A stretch of 64,000 bases of DNA, from NCBI RefSeq assembly GCF_009914755.1, contig NC_060929.1. The stretch is one strand, 5' to 3'. This stretch comes from the human T2T-CHM13v2.0 reference genome, Homo sapiens. This document shows, in pieces, positions 40,617 through 56,854 of the stretch. Made by a program: the position numbers and the translations under genes. Position 1 is the first letter of the stretch, and every line of letters begins with the position of its first letter. A model generated the notes under the pieces. That model did no database searches, had not been told where the DNA came from, and was given only the letters and a program-made list of their open reading frames with translations.

Positions 40617-40800
40617 ATGTATATATATATGTGTGTGAACATATATATGTGTGTGAACATATATATGTGTGTGAACATATATATGTGTGTGAACATATAT
40701 GCGTGTGAACATATATGTGTGTGAACATGTGTGTGAACACATATATGTGTGTGAACATATATGTGTGTGTGAACATATATATGTGTGAACATATATATAT
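40617..40800. repeat. Minisatellite of ~12-20 bp units (AT)n(GT)nGAAC
   Basis: About 10 copies of ATATATATGTGTGTGAAC variants. Source of the HTHIYV repeat ORFs. Confidence 0.92.
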
Positions 40801-41604
40801 AGTTTTCTTTTGATGAAGCACTTGAAAGTATATTGTAACATCATAACATTTCCTTTTAAATACCTAAGCATATATTTTCTAAGAACTGTATTTTCCAACA
40901 CAACCCTAATTTAATATGCCCAAGAAATTAAACTTTGATACACTAAAAAAATTAAATATATAATCTGTTTTCAAATTCATTACAAAAATGTCCTTTATAA
41001 CCTTGTTTGTTTTGGATCCAGGGTCCAAATAAAGGTTTATATATTGTGTTTAATTGCCATGTAGAAGAATTGCCCTTACCCTCTTTATTTTTTAACAGGT
41101 TCATTTTGATACAGTTAACATACAACAGACAGCACCTATTTAAAATATTTATTTTGATAAATTTTGACATATGTACACACCTGTGAAATTATTACTACAA
41201 TCAAGATAATGAACATGTCTTTCACCCCTGAAAAATTCCTAGTGCCCTTTTGTAATCCCTGTCTTCCACCTCTCTGTGATCTTCCGTCTTCTATCTCGAG
41301 GCAACTACTGAACTGCCTTCTGTCACTGTATAGTTTGGTTTTCATTTCTTAGAATATTTTAAAAAGGAACCATATAGTACACACTCTATTTTGTCTGCCT
41401 TAATTTGTTCAGAATAGTTATTTTGAAATCCATCCATGTTGTTGCATGTATGAGTAATTCACTTTTTAAAATTGCTCATTAGGACTCTATTGTATGGATC
41501 TACTACAGTTTGTTTATCCATTTTCCTGTTAATAGGCATTTGGGTTGTTTCCAGTATTGGGCCATTACAAATAAAATGACATTTTTGGATTGTTCATTGC
41601 TGGT

Positions 41605-41611
41605 GTGTATG

Positions 41612-41690
<79 letters not shown>
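41605..41690. repeat. Compound (TA)n(CA)n microsatellite
   Basis: Seen directly. Confidence 0.95.
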
Positions 41691-41693
<3 letters not shown>

Positions 41694-41756
41694 TGATTTT
41701 TGAATATTAACTTTTATCCTATGGACTTACTGAACTTGTTTATTAATTCTAGTAGA

Positions 41757-42076
41757 CTTTTGTTTTGTTTTGTTTTGTTTTTTTTACATGGTGTCTTGCT
41801 CTGTCGCCCAGGCTGGAGTACAGTGGCACCATCTTGGGTCACTGTAACCTCTGTCTCTCAGGTTCAGGCGATTCTCCTGGCTCAGCCTCCTGAGTAGCTG
41901 GGACTACAGGTGCCTGCCACCACTCCCAGCTTATTTTTTGTGTATATATATTTTTCCAGTAGAGATGGGGTTTCACCATGTTGGTCAGGCTGGTCTTGAA
42001 CTCCTGACCTCAAGTGATATGCCTGCTCGGCCTCCCAAAGTGCTGGGGTTACAGGCATGAGCCACCGTGCCTGGCC
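41757..42076 (-). mobile_element. AluS-like
   Basis: Reverse Alu dimer with (TTTTG)n tail. Confidence 0.9.
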
Positions 42077-42885
42077 TCTAGTTGGTTTTTTAAAAATGAA
42101 TTTCTTAGGATTTTTTACTTATAGGATCATGTTATCTATGTATAAAGACAGTTTTACTTTTACCTTTTCAATCTAGGTGACTTTTTTTTCTCCTTCTTTT
42201 TCTTTTTCTTTTTCTTGCCTAATTGCCCTGGCTAGATCCTCCAGTATGATATTGAATAGAAGTGAGAGGAGCAAACAATGTTGGCTTGCCTTGTTCCTGA
42301 ACTTAGGTGTAAAGCATTTATTTAGTCTCTCACCTTCAAGTATGATGTTTGCTGTAGTTTTTTAAAGACTTAAAATCCTACTGAAGTAATTTTTCTCTAT
42401 TCCTGTGTTAGAATGGATGTTGGATCTTGTCAAATGCTCTTTCTGCATCTATTGAGATAAATAGATACCTATTTTGTTTGTTAATATGGTTATTTTGATT
42501 GATTTTCACATTTCAAATATTACACCAACCTTGCATAAAATCTCGCTAGTCATGACTAAGGATACAATTTTCTTAGTCATGATGTATTACTACTTTTTAA
42601 ATTGTTGGATGTGATTTGCTAAGTTTTTGTTTATAATTTATCACCTATGTCTATGTTTCTTGTAATGTCTTTGTCTCATTTTCATATGAGGATAATGCTG
42701 GCCTCAGACTGATTACCTTCTCACCAATTTTCTAGGAAGATTTGTGTTGAGTTAGTATTATTTCTTTCTTAAATATTGGTAGACTTCGCTTGTGAAACCA
42801 TCTGGATCTGCTTGTTTTTATTTTTCCTTTTTGGTTAAGCTTTTAAAGTATAAATTCACTTTCTGTAATCAATATAGGCTATTTT

Positions 42886-43035
42886 AGCCCAGTATGGTGG
42901 CATGTGTTGGTTGTCCCAGCTACTTGGGAGGCTGAGAAGGGGGAGGATCGCTTGAGCCTAGGAGTACGAAGTTATATGCCATTGTACTCCAGACTGGGTG
43001 ACAAAGTGAGACCTTGTCTCTGGAAAAAAAAAGAA
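42886..43035 (+). mobile_element. FRAM/Alu right monomer
   Basis: Single monomer with A tail. Confidence 0.75.
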
Positions 43036-43114
43036 AAATGAGGCTACTTAGTTTGTTTCTTTTTATTTTAGGTTTGGTAGGTTGTCTTTTCAGGAATTTG
43101 TCCATTTCATATAA

Positions 43115-43437
<323 letters not shown>

Positions 43438-44479
43438 CACCTTTTTATATTTATAGAATGTGTAGTGACATTTCCTTTATTAGTAGTTTTTCTCTTGTTT
43501 CCTGATCATTGTGACTAGAGGTTTATCAGTCTTATTAATCTTCTCAAAGACCAGCTTTTGGTCTTTTTTCTTCTGTTTTTGTGATTTCTACTTTAACACT
43601 TTCTGCTTTGTCCTTATTTCCTTCCTTCTGCTTGCTTTAGGCTTAGTTTGCACTTTTTCTGTTTTTCTTAATGTGGAAGCTGAGGTCATTGATTTGAGAA
43701 CCATCTTCTTTTCAAATGCAAGCATTTGGTACTCTAAAGTTCCTTAAATACTTTTTTTTTTTGCAGTTTGCCCTCAATTTTATATATTATGTTTTCATTT
43801 TTATTCCGGTCAAAATGCTTTCTAATTTCCTTTTTGATTATTTTTTTGTGTGTGTTTTTCTTTGATTCATAGGTTATTTAGAAGAATGTTGTCTAGTTTC
43901 CTAATGTTTTATCGTTTTTCTAGAGTTTTTTAATTTTTTAAAATTTAATTTCGTTGTGGTCTGAGAATGTTTTTATGACTTTATTTCTTTTACATTTATG
44001 TAATAGTTTATTATGGCCAGTAAATGTCTGTTTTGGTAAATGCTTTATGTGCACTTGATAAGAATGTGTATTATGCTATTGTTCTTTGGAGTGATCTACA
44101 TTGTCAACTTGGTCCAGTTGTTTAATAGTATTATTCAAATTTGTTATGTTCTTAACAATTTTTTTGTCTACCTGTTGTATCAGTTATTGATGGAAGGATA
44201 TTGAAATCGCCAACCATAATTGTGGATTTGTGTATTTCTTCTTGTAGTTCTATCAGTTTTTACTTTATGTCTTTTGAAACTATTATTGGTATGTAAGCAT
44301 TTATGAGTATTATATTCTTTTGATGACCTGACTACTTTATTTTTATGAAATGACCTTTATTATGCCTGGTAATAATATTGTTTGCTCTGTTATTCATTCC
44401 GTTTGATATTAACGTAGCCATTCCAGCTTTCTTTTGATTAGTGTTTATGTAGTATATTTTTTCTTTTTCCTTTTTTACT

Positions 44480-44774
44480 TTATATTTTATTTTTTTTACA
44501 ACAGGGTCTCACTCTGTTGCTCAGGTTGGAGTGCAGTGGTGGTGCGATCATAGCTCGCTGCAGCCTCGAACTCCTGGGCTCAAGTAATCCTCCTGTCTCA
44601 GCCAACTGTGTAGCTGGGAATACGAGCATGTGTTGCCATGCCCAGCTAACTTTTTATAGAGATGGGGTTTCGCCATCTTCCCTAGGCTAATCTCAAACCC
44701 CTGAGCTCAAGTTATCTGCCTCCCTGGGCCTCCCAAAGTGTTGAGAGTACAGGTATGAGCCACCACATCTGACC
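44480..44774 (-). mobile_element. AluJ-like
   Basis: Reverse diverged Alu. Confidence 0.87.
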
Positions 44775-46048
44775 TATCTATATTCTTTTTTCATACTTTA
44801 ACCAGTTTCAGTCTTTATTTCTGAAATGCATCTCTTGTAAACAGCATATAGTTATCTCTTTTGTTTCTTGATAATCCTTACCTTTTAATTAGTGGCATTT
44901 AGACCAATATTTAAATGTAACTGTTTATAATGTTAGGTTTAATCTGTCATTTTGCAGTTTATTTTCTTTTTGTTCCACGTATTCTGTATTTCACTTTGCC
45001 TTTATTCTACCTTTCTCTGGATTAATTGAACATTTTTCTGAAGATTCTTATCTCTTCTGCTAATTTGTTAGCTCTAATGTTTTATTTTATTTTGTATGTA
45101 ATTTACTATAATATACCTTTAACTGGTATTATGCCACTTTGTATATATACCATGTATATAGTATGGGAATCTTACAATAGGATAGTTCTGTTTCTCCCTT
45201 TCCTGTCTTTGTGCTATTATTGTGATATATTTTATATATTTTACTTTTGCTTATGTTACAAACTACACACTACATTGTTTTTGTTTTGTTTAAATAGTAA
45301 ATTATCTTCAATAATAAAATATTTCATATATTTATCCAAGTACTTATCTTTTCCAGCATTCTTTATTTATTTATCTATGTCTCTATTTCTATTTGGTATC
45401 ATTTTACTTTTGCCTGAATGGCTTACTTTTAACATTTCTTGTAATGTAGGTCTGCAAGTAATGAATTATGTATGTCCGAAAAAATATTTATTTCACTTTC
45501 ATTTTAAAATATATTTTTTGGGAGTATAGAATTTTTTTTTAAACAGATTTTTACCTCTTTATGTATTTAAAGATGTTTCTCCAGTGCCTTGTCACGGAGA
45601 AATCTGCTCTAATCCTTATCTTAGTTGCTCTGAACATTTCATTTTCCTTTGGTAGCTTTTAAGATTTTCCTTTTATCATTAGTTTTAAGCAATTCTATCA
45701 TGATTTACTTTGTTGTAAGTTTTTTATTAAAGTTTTAATTTATGTTTGTGTTTTTTGAGCTTCTTGTATTTGAGTTTTTAGTTTTCATCAAATTTGGAAA
45801 ACTTTCAGCCATTATTTCTTCACATATATTTTCTGTCTCCCCTTCTCTTTTTGCTTTCTTTCAGAGACTCCAGTTACACATATATTAGGCTGCTTGTAGT
45901 TCTCTTACAGACTCCTAATGCTCTGATAATTTTTTTCCCCTTGTCTTTTTTTTGTTTCATTTTGGTTAGTTTCTATGACTATGTCTAACAGTTTAGTAAT
46001 CTTTTCTTCTGCAATGCCTAATTGCCTTTAATCCCATCTGGTGGTGGT

Positions 46049-46049
46049 T

Positions 46050-46082
<33 letters not shown>

Positions 46083-46103
46083 TGTTTTGTTGTTGTTGTT
46101 GTT
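46049..46103. repeat. (TTG)n microsatellite
   Basis: Seen directly. Confidence 0.9.
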
Positions 46104-46510
46104 ATCTCAGGCAGTATAGGTTTTGCCTCCTCAAGTATGATTTGGGTCTCTTCTTAAACCTTTTATATATCTACTTAACTTTTTGAACATACTGAATACC
46201 ACTATAATAACTGTTTTGAAATCCTTGTCACCCAGTTCTAACATCTGTGTCAGTCACTTTCAGTTGATTGATTTGTTCCTTCATTTTGGTTAGATATTTT
46301 TGCTTCTTTGAATGCCTGATAACTTTTGATGAGATGCCATACATTGTGCATTTTAAACTCATTAGACTGGGTCTCATTAACATTTCTAATAAAGCTATAA
46401 GACTTCTAGTCCAAGGAGAAAATGTAGAACATTGCCTTGATTCATGACAGAGAGAATAATAATAAAATTTTGTTTGTGAAATGATGGAAGTTTAAAAATC
46501 ACATTATTAG

Positions 46511-46808
<298 letters not shown>

Positions 46809-47731
46809 TCATATTATTAGTGCCTTTTTTGAGCTTGTTTTTTTTTCCTCTTGAAATTTATAATGATCCTCTACTGTTTTTCTGTATGATATCTATAATA
46901 TACTTTTCCATGTGTTTATTTTGTTTCATAAATTAATCTGAGGATTCCAGTTAAGGTGTTTCTGATTTTTCTTCTGCATAAGTTAAATAATTGAAGTTTT
47001 TGTATACTATACTTAGATAATCCTTTTGTAGTACTTGATTTTTCAAGGGATTCCATAAGTTTAGGTTTATCACTGTACACCTTTAAGTAATTTGTCGTTG
47101 TGCTTGATTTGTCTTTTGATCTCATGTGAAATGAGAAAAAATTTTATATAAAACTTGAAGGAAAATGTGTTATCTCTTTTTTTAAGTTGGAATACTATTT
47201 GTTTTTCTATTAGAAAACATTAAACTTTTAAGATTTACTTTTTATTTTTTTTCTTGTCAAGGGATTTCTGAAGAAATGCTGCAAAGAATATCTGTGTATT
47301 CTGTTTATTACAGTAATTTTGTTTATTTAGGGCAGATCATAATTGATTTTACTACACCGTTATTTTACAGTATTCACAAAAATTAATAATGGTCACTTAC
47401 AATGTTAGATAGTTTCTCTGGAAATTTCTCATAGACAAACAGTTTTCAAGTACATGATTGGGAGAATAAAGAAATAGTTGAAACCAAATCTGTCTGATTT
47501 CAGTGTCCATGGCCTTTGTTGGTTTTGCTTCTTCCTATGAAGAACATGAATTAAATTAAACTCTGTTAATGATAATGAAAGACCAAAACACATTAACCTA
47601 AGTTTTAGAGTCTTAGTGGAGTTTATCATCCTTCCTAATTTGTTCTGAGAGTTATATGAGTTTATTTATTCCCAGATATTTTGGGCTCACCATTTCCTCA
47701 ACTTGTTCATGTTGTAGATAATATACATCAT

Positions 47732-48088
47732 TGTATTAATCTGTTTTCATGCTGCTGATAAAGACTGGGCAATTTACAAAAGAAAGAGGTTTAATGGACT
47801 TACATTTCCATATGACTAGGGAGGCCTCACAATCGTGGCAGAAGGCAAGGAGGAGAAAGTCATGTCTTACATGGATGGCAGCAGGCAAAGAGAGAGATTG
47901 GGCAGGGAAACTCTGCCTTATAAAGCCATCAGTCTCATGAGACTTATTCACGTGAGATTTATTCACTATCATGAGAACGCCATGGGAAAGACCTGCCGCC
48001 ATGATTCAGTTACCTCCCACTGGGTCCCTCCCACAACATGTGGGAATTCAACATGAGATTTGGGTGGGGACAAAGCCAAACCATATCA
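47732..48088 (-). mobile_element. THE1 solo LTR
   Basis: TGTATTAATCTGTTTTCATGCTGCTGATAAAGAC ... AAACCATATCA. TSD ATCAT/GTCAT. Confidence 0.9.
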
Positions 48089-50633
48089 GTCATCTTCACC
48101 TATATATATACACATGCAGGTTCTTGTGCGGATGCCATGTAGTACTTTGTTCAAAGTAAAAAAAACAAAAACAAAAATTAAGAGTAAATATAATGCATGC
48201 CAATTTTATAATATGTAAGCAAAACCATATTTAATTGTATGGTATTGAATTTAATAATTTCAAATGTGATTTTTCTTTGAAATTTTATAGTTTACTTAAA
48301 GATATTCTGAAGTATCAGAAAAGATGTTAAAAATAACTACCTTGTAATTATATATTCAGATATAGCCTACTTAATTGATTCTGTATGTTTAGAATTATGC
48401 TAGGGTTTTATGTTTACCAAGCCTCAAAATACCCATCATAGTATTTATAAAGGCTTTCTCTTACATGAGTAGGAGTCTGAATGCTTCTGCTTTATCATAC
48501 ATCATGTTCAGGAAAAAGAAAGAAAACAGGATAGCTACTCCACATTACACATGCCCATGTCAGTCAGTCTAGAGGCACTTGAAAGGAGTTCTCTTCACCC
48601 TCTTTTATCACACAAGTGGGGAAACAAACTATCTTCCTAATTATCCTTTCTCTATGATAAATAAAAGAATGCTAAGGGATTGGTAAACCCAATGATAATT
48701 TATAAGCCGTCATTTACCCTAAGCAGACAGAGTAAGAGGATTACCTACTGCTAGAACTGTGGGGAGTAGCTGCAAGTCTCATTCAAAAGTAAATTTTTCT
48801 GTAATTGGGAAGTAGATTTTCTTAAATTGCCTCTTCATGCATTATGAATAGTTTGTGATATTTTATAGCCAATTAAAATTGATTAGATCTGTTGAGTTGT
48901 CTCTGTAGAGTACTTTAATTATGAAAACCAGTTTGAAATGAGTCCAGCCTTGAGACAGATGGTTAAATTTATGTTTAAATAAGTCCACATTTTAAAAAAT
49001 GGATACGACTTTTTAAAAGCTCTTTTAGTTGATTTCCTCAATTTGAGGTCACCAAGAATGGCAACTAGCCTTCTTATTCAATATCTGTATATTTTGGCGA
49101 TATTTAAATATCAAATTTATGTTCAGGTGATATATGGAGGTCCTTATATTCTGGAATTCAAATTTCTCTCTCAGTTTAACATATGGAAAAATTCATATTG
49201 GACATGGTAGTGGCCAAAGTAGAGTTCAAGCTACAGTTGTTGGTCATGAATTCTACTGAAGTTACCTGAAAATGAGAGGTTTCCACTTATTTTTGGATTT
49301 AGTGATTAATATATATCAGCAGCTAACTTATGGAATGAATGCTTTTTGCTGCATAAAGTATGAAGTGAAATTTCATTAATATGATAGGAATTTTACAAGG
49401 TAATTAAAAGTAATGGCACTCTTAGCTTTAATTTGCATTGGTTTAAAGCTGTGCAGAAATTGGAATGACAGCTATAATAATCTCATTAAACACTGAAATA
49501 TATGGGATGGAATATGCTATATGATTCATTTATATTCTTTGTATTACTTCCTAAATTTGTCCATATTTTGCTTAGTTTTGATAAGTAAACAAAGCTAAGT
49601 TCTACACATGAAAAACTTAAGAGAAGTTCTGTCTTTTTGCTAATTATCTTCTATATTTTATCGGTAAGCTTCTTTGCAATATTAGTTTTGGACTTAATTA
49701 CTAAAAAGATGATATAAATATCAGAGGGTAGAATTGATAATATAAACAGCGTGATCTGAACAGCACAAGGTAAAATTATAATCTTTCAATAACTTTTTAA
49801 AAATTGATTTGTTTAAATTTCTTTTTTTCAAATAAGAACTATATCAATTTATGCATTTAAGAACTATTTGTTGAGTTCTTGCTATATGTTAGTCACTGCT
49901 CTCTTAATTTGGGATATTGTAGATAACAATACATACAAAAATCCCAGCCTCCTTGAGGCTTACATTTTAGAGCAGAAGATAGCTGATTCATAAAATAAAT
50001 AAGTGAAACATAGCATATGAAATGGTGATAAATACCATGGAGAAAAATGAAACAAGGTAGGAAGATTGGGTATTGAGAAGATGATCATGTATTCCTCATG
50101 GAGAAAGAAACATTTAAATAAAGAATGAAGGAAGTCAGGGAGTGAACCATGTGATCATCTGTAGCAAAGAGTACTCTAGGTAGAGGGAATAACCAAACAA
50201 AGTCATTGAGATTTTATCATTTCCGGCATATTTGAAGATCAGTACAGATACCTTTTTGTCTATAACTGAGTTGATTGATAAGAGAGAGGCATGGAGGTAT
50301 GAGATGAGGTCAGAGAGGGAGAATGATGGTGGTTGACAGGCGATGCATAGATTATGTAGGATCTTGGTAGTTCCTTTAAAACACTGACTTTTACTCAAGT
50401 AAGATGGGAAGCCATTGGAGTGTTTTGAGCAGAGGAGTGACGTGAATGAACTTACATTTTAACAGGATAATTGTTGTAACCTTTTTGAGAATAGTCTGAA
50501 ATGAGAGAGGAAGGGCAGAAGTAAGGAGACAGTTACTTCCAGGCTATTGCAGTAGTTTAGGCAAGGGGTCATGCTGGTTTGGACCTGGTTGGTAGCAAAA
50601 GAAGTGCTGAGAAGTGCTCAAATTCTGTATAAA

Positions 50634-51236
50634 CAATTAATTCTTGTTATTCATGGTAGTTTGATAAAGTCACTGTGTACATTAAATTAGTTAGTGCTGA
50701 CTTGTTTCACCTAGGGGACATAAAGGTTTGTTTCCTGCAAGCAGTGACACAACATTTTCAGCAACTGATCAATACATAACTTTATTTTATGTATGTTTTC
50801 ATTTAAAGACACCTAATTTAACATTGAACTCACAACCAATGGTGCTATAACTGATGGCTAAATGAAACTTATCTAGTACAGGTATCTTCTCTTAAAGGGT
50901 CATCACAGCCTTTTTGAGTGTACGACCATTATACTTCGGCACTAGAGCCGTTTCAAACAGTGAAATCACCAACAAAATTCACAAAAATGTGAAAATTGCA
51001 CCACATAGACTGCAAATTGTTTACAGTTGTGAAAGCTGAAACAAAAAGTGGAGCCTAACTTTGTTCAACCTCAGCTAAGAACCTGTGCCTTTACTCAAAT
51101 TTTTTGCTGCTCTGCACATGGCATGCCTGTAACTGACCTGGAATGCAATGCATGTATTGTTTTGGGGGTTTTAAAGAAATTTTACCCAGTAGGTAAATTC
51201 AGGAATGCAGCTTTCACAAATAATGAAAATCTACCA
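50634..51236. mobile_element. MER82-like (Tigger-derived) DNA transposon
   Basis: Matches recalled MER82 consensus (aacattgaactcac, catcacagcc, aaacagtgaaatcaccaacaaaa); degenerate terminal inverted repeats. Confidence 0.78.
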
Positions 51237-51254
51237 TATATTGAAAGTAGAGCG

Positions 51255-51574
51255 GGCTGGACGTGGTGGCTCATGCCTGTAATCCCAGCATTTTGGGAGG
51301 CCGAGGCAGATGGATCACTTGAGGCCAGGAGTTCAAGACCAACCTGGCCACTGGCCATCATGGTGAAACCGTGTCTCTACTAAAAATACAAAAAATTAAC
51401 CAGGCCTGGTGGCACACGCCTATAGTCCCAGCTACTAGGGAGGCTGAGGCACCAGAATTGCCTGACCCAGGAGGCGGAGGTTGCAGTGAGCCAAGATTGC
51501 CCCCACTGCACTCCAGCTGGGCTGACAGAGCAGCAAGACCCTGTCTCAAAAAAAAAAAAAAAAAAAAAAAAAAA
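51255..51574 (+). mobile_element. AluS/J-like with long A tail
   Basis: Alu dimer. Confidence 0.9.
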
Positions 51575-51934
51575 GCGTAGAGGATTTGCCATTGAATTGG
51601 ATGTAGTTTGTGAGAGAAAGAAGAAAAGACTGATTCCAAGATTTTTGGCCTGAGCAACTGGAAGAATGGCATTATTATTAACTGAAATGGGAAAAATGTG
51701 GGAAGACTGGTTTTTAGAGTCTTATTAGATACTCAAGTGGAACTGTTGAATTAAATCTCTAGTTCAGCAGTTCCAGGGAGAGGTCTGGAGTAGAACTATA
51801 AATATGAAATGTTAATTGTCATTTAAAGCCATGAGATTTTATGACATTACCAGTAATATAAATGAAGATAAAAAAGAGAAGAGTCTTAACAAAGACTGAG
51901 CCCAACATTAAGAAGTCAGCGAAATAAAGAGTTA

Positions 51935-52309
<375 letters not shown>

Positions 52310-55300
52310 CTAGGTTGAATACTGCTAAAACATAAGGTGAGGATTAAGATTTGGAGTTAGCAAAGTGTAGGTTATTGGTGATTTTGACAAGAGAAGTTTC
52401 AGTGGAGTAGTACAGGGAAAACCCTAAATGGGCTGGGTTTAAGAAAGAAGGAGAAAAAAGAAACTGGAGATAACTAGTATCAGTTTTGCGGTAAAGGGGA
52501 GGAATGAAATACGGAATTAACTGGAAGAAGTGTAGTAAAGGGAGGATTTTTTTTTTTTTTCAAGATTGGGAGCTATTACAGCTTGTTTACTGATGGAAGT
52601 GCACTTCTAGGGAAGGAAAAACAGTTGAGGCAGCAGGAATGAAGGAAGAATTGCTGGAGAAATGTCCCTGAGTAGGTGAGAGAGGATACATCTAGTACCC
52701 CAATAAATAGATTAGTCTTCACTTTGAACAAGGACAGTTTATTCATAGTAATAGCTTAGGAGAGATGGAGAGATATAAATTCAGATAAAAAGGTTAGATA
52801 TGCTGGTGAAAGCTTATGGAAGTTCTCTTCAGAGTAATTTTTAAAAATGGGGTTCACAGACTCCCTCTTCACACTAATATGGTTCAGATTTCAAAATCAT
52901 AAGGTACAAACCATTAAGTATACAATGAAAAAGTTTTTTTTCCCACTCATTATTCATTTTTTTCCTCCAGAGGCAACAGATATTATCTGCTTTTTCTAGA
53001 GATATTTTATGCATAACATGTAGCTTTTAAGCCAGTTTGTTAAGTGTGTTCATCAACTTATTAGATACCTTTCGTATCATAGTACATATTAGGAGTTGGA
53101 GGTTAGTATGTGTTTGTTTATGCTAAATTAATGATGATCTCTACATTTTTGATACAGTCATATCCTAACATGATGACTATTTGGTCAGCTTTCATTTTAA
53201 TTTTCGTATCCAGTATCTTTTAGGAAGAGACTATAACTGTGCATCCCTCACATAACCTAGGACACCATGGATTGTAGATAAACATTTAAAGGATGAATGC
53301 CCTAAATTTTCTGTAAATGTTGTTCTTCCACACACTCGACTAGTCTTCTAAAGTAGAGTTAAATCTTTTTTTTTTCAGTGTGGCTTCTTTGTGTGTTAAT
53401 ATTACGTGTAGTGGAAACATACCTGCTAGGAGACATACAAATTAAAACTAAATTTTCTTTTCTGAACTAGGAAATCAGTGTTTTGATATTTAAAGAACAA
53501 ATTGTTGAGGTTTCTTATCTGTAGGCTAAATAATACCAGTTCTTTAGATACAATGAATATTCTGATACTTTAAAATTTTGATCCAATTTTCACAGCTTTC
53601 TTTTAACTATATTTTAACGTCATTTCAGTCCTAGAGAAATGTTGAAAGAATAGTAGAAAGAATTCCCATATACCGTTCACTCATGTTTCCCAAATGTTCA
53701 CATTTTACCACATTTGCTTTATGCTTTTCTGTCTCTGTATGTGGTGCATACATATATATGCATGTGTGTGTATGTGTAAATATAAAAACGTAAATGTATA
53801 TTTATTCAGTTGTCATATCTTTTTAGTTGCCTTTACACTGGAACAGTTAATAGTCTTTATGGTTCACAAAACATTGACATTTTTGAGCAGTATAGAACAG
53901 TTATTTTATGGAGTATTCCTTGATTTGTTTTTCTGCATAATATTTATTTATTTTTCATAGGAATACCATAGAAATGATGTTCTGTTGTTGGTGCTTTATA
54001 TCAGGTCCATGATGTCAGTTCATCCCATTATTGGATATTAATTTGATCATTGGAGTAAGGTGGTATACGCTTGATTTCTCCACACTTAAGTTACATTTTC
54101 ATTTTTCTTTTTGTTAATAAGTATTGTAGGGAAAACGTTGACGCTATGTAAATACGGTGTTACTCTTCAGATTTTCACCCACTAGTTTTTATGTCTATCA
54201 ATGGTTCCTGCCTAAATCATTTATTATTATGGCAATTGTGAAATGGTAATTTTCTAATTCAATTATTCCTTTTACATTTATTAATTTGTTTTTAATATAA
54301 GGAAGGGCTTTCCCCTCCTGTTTATTTTTTAAATTTATGTATTAATTTAATGTATTAGAATGAACTCACAGATTCTGATTTTTATTCATGGATTATAATT
54401 TTATACTATCATAATGATATACTATCATGCTCGGATTTGGCCAGTGGGAGCCACTTCAAACTGGCTCCTCTGTCCTTTTGACACATTCCTATCATTCATT
54501 GAATACGTATTTTCTGGCTCATCTTATACTTTTCCTACTTCAGGTTCCATTTCTCTATGAAACCCTAGTTCCTTTTAGTGGAGAATTATATTTGGAAAAC
54601 AGTATCTGGCCATTGGTGTGCTCATTGCTAGTGGAGTATCTTATTCTAGGTCCTGTTAATTGACAGACACAGGAAATAAGCAACACGTACACATTCATGT
54701 ACACCTGTGCTTTCTTCTGTTATCTATTGGTCTGTCTAGGGATACACTGAGGGGTTCACATTGATACTTCAAATTCTAGTCCAATACCATACAGTTTATT
54801 CCTCCTCTTCCTATTTATATATTTGCAACTGCTTTCTCTGGCAGTGAGAAACCTAGCTTCTGTTGTTCACAATATTTTACTTACTTGCTCAAATGCTAGA
54901 ATACACAGAAAGTAATTTCAGTATTGCTAACTCATGCCTCTGAAAAATGAAACTTAAAGACTACAGTTTGGTATTTGTTTAAAGCTTTTTTTGTCTTTAG
55001 CTTTCTATTGTAATCAAATACTGTTTTCCAAAGTTACTTAGTTTTTTACAAAGTTACTTCCCTACTCCTTTTAGTGTGGTTAGTGTTATTCACTGGAAAT
55101 ACAGTTTGGTTCATTTGTTTCTGTTGTATCTCATTTTATTTTCCCCCCTCCCTCTTATCCTTGTTAATTTTGTTTATTTATTTCTATGTGAAACTTTAGT
55201 GATTCCAAAAGTTAATACTGTTCAAAACCATATAGGGAACTCAATCATTTTTATTTTCCTTTCTTTCTTACACAAAACTACGATTATATAATATTCTTTT

Positions 55301-56505
55301 TCCTTTGCTTCTCCATTGATAATGCATCTTGAAAATGACAACATTTGAGTTGGTAGACAGTTTTTTCATTTTTTTTTTTTTTTTTTTCTGTCCTCACAGT
55401 CTCTTGCTCGTTTTTTCATTCGTTTCAACAGCTGCATGCCACTTTATTTTAAGATTATTTAAGCCCTTTCCTACATATGGACATATAGCTTATTTCTGAT
55501 TTTTCTAATTATATGTACTCCTACTATAAATAACCTTATGTATGTGTTTTGTATGTGTGTGTGTTTGTGTGTGTGATTGGAGATATGAATTCCCAAAAGT
55601 GTGATATAAATTCCAAGAAGTGTGATGGCTGGGTTAAAAGGTATACTTACATGTGATTTTGTTAGATATTGCCAAATTTCCTTCTATAAGGATTATACCA
55701 ATTTGCATTTCTACTAGAAATGTATGAATGTTTTTTCTCCACATCCTCGCCAACAGAGTGTTTCTCAATTTGGTAGATGAGACATAGTATCTCACTTCCT
55801 CTTTTCTTTAACTCTTACATTGCTGTCACTGCTGTGATCTACCACTACAGTTTTTCAGTATTTTCACAAGTAGAGCAGACCTTCTTTTTCTGATGGTTGT
55901 TTTTAGATCAGTCTTAAGCATTCTGCTGTTTCTTCTCTTCACCCCGACCCCTGCCTCACCCCCCAACACCCACCTCCAACCAACCCACCCAACAGCATTT
56001 GGTCTTCGTAAAGGCTTGCTTTGGGAGGGGGAGAGATCATTTGTAGAGATTTGGTGTTTACTTTTCTACTCATAGCCAATTTAAAATTTGGACTTTCTCT
56101 GCCTGTTATGCTGAGGGTATGAGTTATGTTTTTCATTTTGTTCTTTATTATATTTTTGGGTAATATGTGGGAGATTCAGAATTATGCTGCTGCCATATCC
56201 CAGCTACCCAGAACTCCCTCATTCACAGTATTAGGAAATTATGGAATGTAGATTTGGACATGGTACATCATTCACTTTACAGGTTGTTAGAAGACTGTGG
56301 ATCAATTGAATGTAGCAATCACTATATGCAAGGAAATTATATTACACAGAGTTTGAGAACTTGCTCTTTAAAGGTGTTTTATATTGAATTTTTAAATAAA
56401 GTATCACTATTTCAGTTCTCTGAACAGTTCAAAACCCATAAAATGTTTAGTAAATGTTTCTTGATAAATCAAATTTTCTTATGCCAGGAAATTTATTAAA
56501 AGTAG

Positions 56506-56854
<349 letters not shown>

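Noticed and set aside
40494-40901. His/Thr-rich repeat proteins (HTHIYV)n
   Set aside because: Translation of the (AT)/(GT) minisatellite.
45026-45529. 167-aa hydrophobic ORF resembling a membrane protein
   Set aside because: T-rich antisense strand of an ancient L1; compositional artefact.
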